The notes under the pieces are model-generated. The model did not search any database. It was not told where the DNA came from and saw only the letters and a program-made list of their open reading frames with translations. From the NCBI GenBank assembly GCA_964247055.1, contig OZ176053.1:4278001-4342000 (forward strand): DNA of 64,000 nucleotides. Direction: 5' to 3'. This document shows positions 41,101 to 52,892 of the stretch, one piece after another (the first letter of the stretch is position 1; each line of letters begins with the position of its first letter). Origin of the DNA: Paragordius varius (Eukaryota; Animalia; Nematomorpha). Position numbers and translations under genes: made by a program.

Positions 41101-42421
41101 ACATCTGGTCTTACGCTCGCAATTTCAGGCATCATAAAAGTATGTTTTACATAATTCAATAAATTGATAAAATTAAAGTTTAACTATTATTGTTTAGGAA
41201 AAATATTATTTTAATACATTACCTTTTTACGACTGAAGTTTTAAATATTTTTTTACTAAATCTATAATTATATAGAAGTGCAATTTCATTAACTTTTCTT
41301 TTTATAGGAAATCATTACTCTATATCTCGCATCCACATACAATGGTGATCAATTTTCAACCATAAATATGATTGGATTGGTCCTTTGTTTAATGGGAATC
41401 ATCCTGCATGTTATCTTTAAATTTGTGGCAAACGAAACAAATACAAAAAGTACGATAAATTATTAATAATTATTTAGAAAAAATTTATTAATTAACCTAA
41501 ATGTGTTCACTCCACAACACAATTATTCTTTTTTAATTTTTCACAATATCCTTATAAAAAGGTAGATGGAAAAATTGTTTATACAAACTAAGATATTGCC
41601 CCAGAGATCTCATTATCAAACCCCAAGAGGGTAGCGTGTTAAATGGTGAAGCGATATATTTACAAAAACAACCTAAAACACCAATTTTTACCAATGCCAA
41701 AAATAAAGTGTCAATTAAGAACGTTGTTGATAATGGCAATATTGAAAGTTTAAATGAATACGATGATCATATATGTTATGATAGTGATGTTGAAACTTCG
41801 TTTGAATATGATAAATTATTACCAGAAAATGTGAATGATGCCAAAAATAATGGGTATAATATACAACCCAAAAGTATAAACGATATCTGTTACCAAAGTT
41901 TGGATAGTGATGATGAAATTATACACTATTCTAAACGAGGAGATGGGGCAAAAACTATTGATATGACAAAATCCTTTAACCCTTTAAAAAATATATTTGG
42001 TAAAATGTTTTACAAAAATAATGTATTTAAATATGAGCACATTGATAAAAGTAAACCCAATACGAAAAACAAAAGTAATTTACCTCTTAACATATCAAAT
42101 GATAATAAAGGAACCTTTAAACCGAAAATATTACATAATTACAAAACCATGATTGACCAAAAAATACAGGCTTTAAAAAATGACATATCCTCAGACAGGG
42201 TGATTGAACAAAACAATAATGATGGTGATATATTATTTGATTGTGAAAAAACTAATACATTAGCTGTGAAAACTGATGATCCAAATTATTCTTTGGTTAA
42301 GAAAAGACATGGAAGTTATAATGAGGAATTCCGTGATGGACAAAGTGATAGTATTATTGGTATAGTGTCAAATACCACCACTTTAAATGGTGATAATCTA
42401 TATCTAACAAATTTAACATAG
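37787..42421 (+). CDS. SLC35C2: SLC35C2-like nucleotide-sugar transporter family member with long C-terminal tail; one-base phase conflict at intron 1
   Basis: Exons 37787-37883, 37905-38061, 38142-38278, 39005-39173, 39995-40078, 40973-41139, 41308-41449, ~41562-42421. Motifs [74 protein letters not shown]. Confidence 0.9.
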
Positions 42422-43262
42422 TTAATTTTACCCAATAAAATAACTACCATTATCGATGGATAAATTAATTTCTCGATTGATTTTATATTTACGATGAAAT
42501 ATTTTGCATCACATAATCTACAAAAAAATATATATCATCCATTACTATATATATCTGATATAATGTTAAAATGCCAAATGTTTACATTACAACTATTTAT
42601 GATATTTCAGGCAATCCAATAACATGATAATAATTATATCTAAGTCAGTGAGTGTTCATTTATTTACATGATTACAGCATATTTATTTGGTATTAATTGG
42701 GTATTATATTTATTTTACTATCATAAAACACAACAATAAATGACTAAACTGATTATATTTTTTATGTAAAATATATGTTTTGCAAATGTAGAATTTTACT
42801 TAGGACTTTGCTCCTTCTTGATTCGGTATTTAATCGTTTTAAAATCAATCTGCAAATTTGTAATATATAATCAAAAAGAAAAAGGTCATTCATTATATTG
42901 TATTTAAATTATAAATGCTTAATTATAAAAAGTAAAATACTTAAATAAATTTAGATTATTAATTTTTAAAATTTTAAAACTAAAATATTTCAAACATATT
43001 GTACTTTTCGTTAAATTAATAATTTGAAAAAAATATTACTTTTTTATGAATACGTGCATTGATCTACTAGGATATGATGCAAACTTCATTAATATATATT
43101 TGATAATGAAAGGCCAGGAGACACTTTGAATGAATTTCTGCGGAACTAAAGTGATAAAATTATACTAATTAAAAATTGAATATGATATATCGCAAGGTTT
43201 CAGAACAGCCCGACAATTCCTGATAAAATAGAATGGGAACTGGATAATAATTATATAATATA

Positions 43263-43345
43263 CCATTTACATAAATTCACCTTTAAACATTTAAATTCAC
43301 CCTCGAACATTCCAAATTAACCCTCAAACAATTCAAATTCACCCT
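43263..43345. mobile_element. Left-arm fragment of the 21-bp-repeat MITE
   Basis: TA|CCATTTACA followed by about four degenerate AAATTCACCC units. Confidence 0.65.
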
Positions 43346-43445
43346 GAGTTAAATTAGGTGTTTTTGAATATAAAAATTTTTATTTATAAAATTTATATAA
43401 AATGAAACGTTGTTTAAAATTAACATAATACAGAAGAAGATAAAC

Positions 43446-45768
43446 CAGTGATACTCACCAAAAAAATTTGACGGGCTAAATTAAATATATTTTTTTTTCG
43501 AGGGCCATGAACTTTATACTGGCAAATATCCTATAGCTATTTGACACATATGCACATATTTAATACTTTAAATCAGCACAATGATTTTTCTAAAAACTCG
43601 TTTTTCACCATTTAGTTTAAAAAATTAAAATATTTTGATAACAACATTTATTTTGATATTAACCAATAATTTAAGAATTTGTTTCGCCTCACAGGCCAAT
43701 CTTAATACATCGCCCATATGATCATCGGTTAAGCGAATTCTGTATGTATTCTTGACATACTTCATCTTTGAATATGCCGTCTCAAACGTGTAAGGGTAGG
43801 GAAAAACAGTTAGGATAACTTGAGCACATTTTTTTATATTTTCATATTTATTTGGCACAAAAACTCTACATATATTTCTAATTTACGTTCTCCTTAAATA
43901 TAGCCTCCATATTGAAATTATATTTAAAATCTACGAATCAATGATACCTGATCAAAATTGAAATGCTCAGGTTGCTTAATATTGGATATATCCATATGCC
44001 AGGGATTTTCAACGAATTTTAAGCAATATTAAATATTTCTTAATTCCTGAAATCTGAATTTCATCTCATTAGATAAAATTAAATAAATGTCTATGATTAA
44101 ATTAATCTCCATTAGCAAATTGGATTATTATTTATCTCCCTTGACTGTATTTAAAATGCTTAGTTTATAAGTAATGTCACAAAGGTAGGCTAATAAAACC
44201 CACCATTCGTCACTATTAATTTCCTCATCATCTGTTATCATTTATAAATAATATTTCATGTCTTAAAACAAAAAATCTATTTAATACTTTGCTAAAGCTT
44301 AACCATCTCACAGTGGTATACAAAAGAATATCATCAAACTCACTGTGGATATCTTTCAGAGGGTTTTTTTAATTTACGGCGGTACAATCTCTGCCCCTGT
44401 GGTTTACTATATCCACCACCCTTTTTAATTACTGAGAATTGAATATTCATTTTTACACTCGAAACCAAGTTTTGCTTATGAATAAAGTAGTGAAATGATC
44501 AAATATTTTGCAAATTATATTTGTTTCTCAAAAGAGGATTAAATCTTTTGTTTCCAATCATAGAGGGACAGCCATCTGTGCAGATCGAAACCAATTTTTT
44601 CAAAGATATACCATTATTATCGAAAAAAGTGCTAATTATTCGAGAAAATCACTCTCTTTCGTGGTATTATACATTGGTAAAAATAATAAATATTCCCCGT
44701 TGATAATGTTGTCGTTGCGAAATCTCACAAGAGCGCACACTGTGGAGCTGAACTAATATCAGTGCTCAATCAATAGTAATACTAAAATATTTGCAGTTTT
44801 TCAGAGCCAATAAATATATTTAGATAATGCGTCGATCACATGTTGAATCAGAAAGTTAAAGTATTTTAGTTTGCCTCATGATTAGATCTTCACTATGGAA
44901 TTTATCAAACAAAAAAATGCAACCATTTATTAGACATTATTTTATTAGTTGACAATCAGTAAACGGTTTCATATTTTTTCCTAAAATATAGCAAATTTCA
45001 TACGAAGTTAATGTTACAGCTTTTTCCTGGGAGAAAGCTATGGATATAATAGATTTTTCTTCCTGGTATATTCCTTAATCTTTTATTCGTTTCTTTCCTC
45101 ATGATTTTCTGGTTTGTGAGAATGCTGGATTGTAAAATGTCTTTCAATATTGTATTATAATTATGTTGTCCTTACATATAAGGCAGGTGACATTTTTATT
45201 TAAAACGACAAAAATTTTTTCTTCCCATTCTCTTTTTAAAAGGAGCGATTTTCATCGGATAATTTACGTTTTTCAGCATTAGATATCATCCTTTGAATTT
45301 ATGTTTAAATATTGTGTAAATTTTTTTCAAAAAAACGGGAATATAATTTGAATTATGCAATAAAAAAACAGATAAAAATTTAATGATGTGATTTATATAA
45401 AATGATGTAGGATAGCAATGAAAAGAATAAGTATATGCAAGTTTGGATGAAAGGATTGCTTAAATACAAAAAAAGAAAAGCAATAATTTTTTAAAAAAAG
45501 AAAATAGAATGCAGAAACAAAAACAACGTGTTCCAAAATTTTGAAATTATTTTAATGTAGGGATTTTCTACATTTCAAATTGGGTAAAAATAAAAATACC
45601 AAGTAAATCTAAATAAAATAAATTAATATTAAACTAAGCTAAAATCCGATTATGTGTATTTTAAAATTTCATCAATAAAAAAATATAAGTATCAATATGG
45701 TCATAGGGCAATTTTAAAGCACTCTTAGGGCCGCATGCGGCCCGCGGGCCGCGGTTTGAGTATCACTG
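43446..45768 (-). mobile_element. Full-length-ended but decayed hAT transposon, Buster/SPIN (Charlie/GTF2IRD2-like) group
   Basis: 12-bp TIR CAGTGATACTCA / TGAGTATCACTG and a perfect 8-bp TSD AGATAAAC. Minus-strand relics include KRKLSDENRSF, CLIC...RHF (N-terminal zinc finger) and FETAYSKMKYVKNTYRIRLTDDH (dimerization domain), with many stops. Confidence 0.92.
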
Positions 45769-45799
45769 AGATAAACTATGCGATAAAGAAATATTTGAT

Positions 45800-46124
45800 A
45801 TCATAAATATCAAAGGAAAGTTAACAAACACAACCACAAAGTGTGTCTGTACAGATGATGAATCTCGATAATGATAATATAGAAATAATAAAAGACCTCG
45901 TATATTTGGGGGACAAAATCAACAATGATGGCAAGTTCGAGAAAGCAATTATTATCGCGTTTACCAAGGACGGGCTAAGTTTCACCAACTAAAGCCAATT
46001 TAAAATAAGGTCTAAGAACAATAGGTAGTATATAAGGCATCAATCTTATATGATAGAGAAATATGGGCGACGACGCAGACAAAAAAAAGTTTATGAAAGC
46101 CGAGGAAAGATTTATAATGTTAGC
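45800..46124 (+). mobile_element. Decayed RTE LINE fragment, upstream part
   Basis: LDNDNIEIIKDLVYLGDKINNDG (~VxxFxYLGSxIxxDG) and ILYDREIWATT (~LLYGxETWxxT). Cut off by a hAT TIR at 46125. Confidence 0.65.
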
Positions 46125-48741
46125 TAGGGTGACCAGATTTTTTGAAAAAAAAGGCGGGACAAATCTAAGAAAAGGGAGGGGGGCATGGGGAGGGGCGGGT
46201 ACAATTAAAAATTTTTATACAAAAAATTTATTGTAATATTATTTTACTTTTAACACAAATACATTTAAATATAAAAAATTTTTATTCCTTGGTCTCAGGT
46301 TATTCGTACCTTATTCAATTAATTTACATGTGCACGAACAAAGGGTGAAGCGATTGTATGCAATGTCCTTTCACCACATGCATTTTCTGAAATAGAAAAA
46401 GATTTGCAGAAAATAAATTTCATAACGCTATATTCTAATGCACAAAATTATTTCCCACTCTCATTCTCTACTTAGTAAAAATTCTGACATAAATTTTACT
46501 TCAATAATGAATTTCTGGAAAAAAATAATATAAAACACAAAATCATTGCAAAGTGCGCTGGGGAAATGTAAGGAGTGGCACAAAAAATATTTTTAATAAT
46601 TTAGCGAATAATTTTAATAAAAACATTATTGGCGGATACAGAACGCTTTTCAAAGAGCTGTTCACTTGTTACACATGGATGTGGAAAATGTAGTTCTTAA
46701 AATGCTTGGATATTGCAGAACTCGTTGGTTAGCTCTTTTGTCGGCTATGGAAAATTTTGAAAAATATATGAGCTAAAGACTTATACAATATTTTAAAAAA
46801 TTTTTTTATTTTTTAACAAGATAAATATTATAAAATATGTTATTCTTTGGTATATTTTTTATTTGGGTGAATACGTTTTAGCAGATTGTCATTATTTTTT
46901 AAAATAAAGTCTTCACAAGAATTTTTCAAATTATATTTGTCAAATAAAATGGCCTTAAAAGTTTCAACATTTAAATTTGATTTTTCCGAACAACTGATTT
47001 ACTGTGGAAAATACGCACTTCATAGCAGCGTTGGTTCCAGGAAAGAGAGTGCGAATTCCACAATTTTTGGATATTATTGTATGGACTATAGTTTGTTTAA
47101 TGATGAAATATTCCTAACCATTTCTTTTCTACTGTATATTTTCTGTTAACTATAATTTAAGTTTTTCATTATTTATGTATTTTTTAATTAATGATATTTT
47201 AGAAAAAAGATCATTTTCTGAAAGATTACTTTTTGTGAGATGCAGATAAAATGATTTTTGTATCGCACCAATTATATTCTGGTTTTAATGTTATCCAATT
47301 AAAACGATCAATTTCATTGAATTGCATCCTCCAGTTCTCCAAATAATCTTTACAGTTTGTATAAAACATTTTTATATAATACAGCATATCTTGGTGATTT
47401 ATTAAGCCTTGTTTTTCTAAATTATTTATAAAATTGCGTTAATGGTATAAATTATTTTCTAACCTTTCTTGACATTGGAATTTTAGGTTACTAACTTCAT
47501 TGGCTACTTCGATAGCTGAAATTTTGTTTGATAACATTTTGAAAGAGATAAGCTTGATTATGTAGGAAATATAATTTTATTTTTGAAAAATCACTTTTTA
47601 AAAACTTTATCAAAGTTGTAGGACATTTGTCCTGTAATAAAAAATAGGATTTTAAAAGATCATACTTTTATAATATTCTTTCGATAGCTGGCACAGCTAC
47701 AAGAGTTTACAATATCCAACATTTTTTGATATTGAACTTCAGCATTTTCACATTCCTTAAGCGTTTCAACGCGTACCGTATATAAATAAAAATAGGAATG
47801 TATTTTTACAACTACATTTTCCACATCTAGAGGTAACAAATCAGCAGCTGTTTGAATAGCGTTGTCTATTATATTCGCTGCACACCCCAACGCCAATAAT
47901 GTGATTAAGATTATCTGCTAATTTATGATTATTCGTTCCCCTCCTTGCTTTTTTACCGAAGATTGGTGTTGTCAGCGCAATATGCGATAATTTTGTCTTT
48001 TAAATTATTTTTTTCTAGAAGATGCATTAATGAAGTAAATATTATTTCGTAATTTTCACCGGGTAGAGAAATAATATTTTAATTTTTACTCCGGTTTCTG
48101 AATCAAAATATCTTATTAAAGTGGGAAATAATTTTGTTTCATGGTGATTTGATGCATCAGAGTATAGGGATAAAAAATTAATTTTCAGCAAATCTTTTTG
48201 TATTACAGAAAATTCATGTGGCGAAAAGACATTGCATACAATGGCTTCGACCTTTGTACGGCCACATCTAAATTTTTTATCGCAAAGGTACGAATAACCT
48301 GTGAGCTACAATCCATAGATCTAAAGGAATGATTGTGATTAACGGCGTGAAAAGATAAAACGCCTTCGGCTAGTGCCAAATTCTTTTCTTCTCCAAAAGC
48401 GGTTTTTCGATAAAAATCGCTCATTTTGTAAGATGATGCCGCCATATCTAAACATTTTTTATGTTTCTGTGTTTCCATATGCTTTGTATCATGCTTGCCG
48501 CCATGTGCTAGGGTGGATTCCCCCTCGCATAAAGAACATTTAACAAATGATTCATTCCTCGTTTTTTTGATAAAAGGAAACTCTTTTATAATTCATCGTT
48601 GAATTTACAACCTCTTTTTGTACTCATATATTTAAACTAATATCAGTATAAAAAATATTTTTTTTATAATTATGAAAAAGTGGGACATTTCAAAAACGTA
48701 GCGGGATAGTCCCGCCAAAAGCGGAACGTCTGGTCAGTCTG
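46125..48741 (-). mobile_element. Defective hAT (TAGGGTGACCAGA-ended, CARTK-type transposase), left copy
   Basis: TIR TAGGGTGACCAGATTT at 46125 and degenerate (T)GACCAGACG end near 48740. Transposase fragments on minus (48203-48478, 47660-47896) plus an inverted extra transposase segment at ~46290-46800. No TSD found. Confidence 0.85.
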
Positions 48742-48844
48742 CCCTCCAATCCTATATTTCCGAAATCAGCTATTAAAGATCCATCCACGAAAATCTAGCA
48801 CACGAGAGTGTAAGTAATTTAACTATCTTTATTTTGACTTCATC

Positions 48845-49005
48845 TGTAACGATTCATTGCGTTTTGAAGAATCTATACACAAGAGAAAGTACATAAATTA
48901 AACGATAAAGCAAAGGATTTTGTTGAATCGTCTTAAGTCATTTGGGCATATAGAAATGAGAGATGGTAACTATACTTATACGTTTACTCCAGAAAATTAA
49001 GGTAA
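48845..49005 (+). mobile_element. Decayed RTE LINE fragment, downstream part
   Basis: DSLRFEESI...RILLNRLKSFGHIEMRDGN, similar at the nucleotide level to the RLRWFGH segment near 18950-19010. Confidence 0.6.
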
Positions 49006-49009
49006 TTTA

Positions 49010-51955
49010 ATATTTTATTAATACTAATATTAGCTTAAAAATATGAATACAAAAAGAGGTTGTAAATTCAACGATGAATTAATGGAAGAGTTTCCATTTA
49101 TCAAAAAAACGAATGAATCATTTGTTAAATGTTCTTTATGCGACGGGAAATTTACCCTAGCACATGGTGGCAAGCATGATCAAGCATATGGAAACACAGA
49201 AACATAAAAAATGTTTAGATATGGCGGCATCATCTTACAAAATGAGCGATTTTTTTCGAAAACCCGCTTTTGGAGAGGAAGAAAAGAATTTGGCACTAGC
49301 TGAGGGCGTGTTATCTTTTCACGCTGTTAATCACAATCATTCCTTTAGATCTATGGACTGTACCTCACAGGTTATTCGCACGTTATTCCATAAAAAATTT
49401 ACATGTGCCCGTACAAAGGCTGAAGCCATTGTGTGCAATGTCCTTTCGCCACATGCATTTTCTGAAATACAAAAAGATTTGCTGAAAATTAATTTTTTAT
49501 CCCTATACTCTGATGCATCAAATCACCATGAAACAAAATTATTTCCCACTTTAATAAGATATTTTGATTCAGAAACCGGAGTAAAAATTAAAATTTTATT
49601 TCTCTACCCGGTGAAAATTACGAAATAATATTTACTTCATTAATGCATATTCTTGAAAAAAATAATTTAAAAGACAAAATTATCGCATATTGCGCTGACA
49701 ACACCAATCTTCGGTAAAAAAGCAAGGAGGGGAACGAATAATATTCATAAATTAGCAGATAATCTTAATCACATTATTGGCGTTGGGGTGTGCAGCGCAT
49801 ATAATAGACAACGCTATTCAAACAGCTGCTGATTTGTTACCCCTAGATGTGGAAAATGTAGTTGTTAAAATATATTCCTATTTTTATTTATATACGGTAC
49901 GCGTTGAAACGCTTAAGGAATGTGAAAATGCAGAAGTTCAATATCAAAAAATGTTGGATATTGTAAACTCGTGTAGCTGTGCCAGCTATCGAAAGAATAT
50001 TATAAAAGTATGATCCTTTAAAATCCTATTTTTTATTACAGGACAAATGTCCTACAATTTTGATAAAGTTTTTAAAAGTGTTTTAAAAATATAATTATAT
50101 TTCCTACATAATCAAGCTTATCTCTTTCAAATTGTTATTAGACAAAATTTCGGCAATCGAAGTAGCCAATGAAGTTAGTAACCTAAAATTCCAATGTCAA
50201 GAAAGGTTAGAAAATAATTTATACCATTAACCATCTGCAATTTTATAAATAATTTAGAAAAGAAAGGCTTAATAAATCACCAAGATATGCTGCCCCATAT
50301 AAAAATGTTTCATACAAACTGTAAAGATTATTTGGAAGACTCGACGGTGTAATTCAATGAAATTGATCATTTTTATTGGATAACATTAAAACCCGAATTT
50401 AATTGGTGCGATGTTCATTTATCATTTGATTATATCTGCATCTCCCAAAAAGTAATCTATCGATATGTTTTCTGAAGTATCATTAGTTAAAAAATATATT
50501 AATAATGAAAAACTTAAATTATGGACAACAGAAAAAATATAGTAGAAAAGAAATGGTTAAGAATATTTCATCATTTAACAAACTATAGTCCATACAATAA
50601 TATAAAAATTGTGGAATTCGCACTCTTTTTACCTGGAACCAACGCTGGTACTGAATGCGTTTTTTACACAGTAAATCGTGGACATCGGAAAAATCAAATT
50701 TAAATATTGAAACGTTAAAGGCCATTTTATCTGTCAAATATTATTCTTGTGAAGACTTTTACAATATTTTAAAAAATGATGACAATCTGCTAAAACGCAT
50801 TCACTTAAATAAAAAATATTACTTAAAATATTGTATAAGTCTCCATAATAATTTGTCAAATTATATTTAAAAACATAAAATGGCTTTTAAAGTTTCAACA
50901 TTTAAATTTAATTTTTCCGTTTCCATACTTGATTTACTGTGGAAAAACGCGTTCAATAGCAGTGGTTCTAGGTAAAGATAATGCAAAATCTACAATTATT
51001 AAAATATTATTGTATTGAATATAGTTTGTTTAAAAATGATTATTTCAAACCATTTCTATTCGACTGTATTTTTTTCTGTTGTCCATAATTTAAGTTTTTA
51101 TAATCAATATATTTATTAAATAATGATACTTCAGAAAATAGTGTCATTGAATTACACCGGCTTGTTTTCCAAATAATCTTTTCAGTTTGTATAAATTTTT
51201 TTATATCCTGGCTATTCTTTGAGCCTTGTTTTTCTGGATGATTTATGATGCTATTAGGTAATGGTATAAAATTATTTTCTAAACTTTCTTGACTTGGAAT
51301 TTAAACATTTCAAAAAATAGGATTCTAGGCGATCATACTTTTTTAAAAGCTTTTCATTAGCTAAACTAACGCGTTTTACAATATCCAAGCATTTTAACAT
51401 CTATATTTTCCACATTCAGGGGTAACAAATCAGCAGTTGTTTGGATAGCGTTGTGTATCCGCCAATAATGTTTTGATTAAGATTATTCGCTAGATTATTA
51501 ATTTTTTTGTGCCGCTCCTTGCATTTCCACCCAGCGCATTTTGCGATGATTTTGTCTTTAAATTATATTTTCCCAGAATATTCATTATTGAAGTAAATTT
51601 TATCTCAGAATTTTAACTAGGTAGAGAATGAGAGTGGGAAATAATTTTGTGCATCAGTATATAGCGTTATGAAATTTATTTTCTGCAAATCTTTTTCTAT
51701 TTCAGAAAATGCATGTGGTGAAAGGACATTGCATACAATCGCTTTACCCTTTGTTGGTGCACAACTAATTCATTGAATAGGGTACGAATAACATGAGAAC
51801 AAGGAATAAAATATTTTTTATTTATAATGTATTTGTGATAAAAATAAATAAATATTGCAATAAATTTTGTATAAAAATTTTTGGTTGTATCCCCTAGCCC
51901 CCGCCCCCTTTCTCAGATTTGTCCGGCTTTCTCCTTAAAAAATCTGGTCACCTTG
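49010..51955 (+). mobile_element. Defective hAT, right copy (5' TIR missing), inverted relative to the left copy
   Basis: ORFs 49164-49628 (FTCARTKAEAI...LYSDASNH) and 49777-50013 are near-identical to the left copy. Ends AATCTGGTCACCTTG at 51955 and carries the same inverted extra segment (~50870-51800). Confidence 0.85.
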
Positions 51956-52892
51956 GGTAAGGGGACTGTTAATTTTTATATCAGGGCTGTCCAACTTGCG
52001 GTCTTCCAAAATTTTTAAAGCTCAAGAAAAATTTGAAACAAAAAAAGAAATAGATAATTATAAAATTTATATCGACTTTTAAATATAATTTTTTAATATT
52101 ATTCAAAATTTGTAAATTAACACCGTATTTTTAAGGCGTTAAATATTAATATATACCACATATCCTTAAATTAATTTTGTTGTAGTAAAAAATTTTTAAG
52201 TAAAAATCACATTTTTTTATAGATGAGATCTGTAATGATAAGTTAATTTAATTTTTTTTTATTGATAAACCTATTCTTGATTTTAAAAATGTAGCCGATA
52301 TATCTTTCCAAATCTTGCTTGCTAATTAGAACATATATTGTGGTCATGAAATTAATGTACAATGCGGCACGCGAAATCATTTGCATTGGACATCAACATT
52401 GATTTATATTAAACTAATTGTTTGTATAAATCCTTACATGATTTAATAATTATATGATAATTTATATGAATTTGAATGTCATTGCATTAAGATACAAAGG
52501 ATATTCTAATTTAATTAATTGCCAATTATTTCTTTCAAAAACATATAAATAATTATACATTTATAATAGACAACGGTTAGTTATTAATTTAAAATAAATT
52601 ATAAAATTGGTATTGGTCCCGTTATAGAAAATAAAATTTGCAAGATAACTACTTTCAAGGAATACGACCCAAATAGTTTTAATAACATTTGAGGTATATG
52701 CATATTTTAATCGCTTAAAATATCAATTCAAAATTCACCTTCCATGGTCAGAACTCAATATAATTTCGAAATTGGAAAACCAAGCCTTCACAACAAAAAT
52801 AAAGGAGATGAGATGGGCCCAAATTCAAAAAGCAAAACTTTGCCCCTTATAAAAGTGTATCGTCTTTAAACGGTTTTACCAACGTTTAAATT

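Noticed and set aside
51982-52400. hAT-like start CAGGGCTGTCCAACTTGCGG
   Set aside because: Only a partial matching right end and no TSD.
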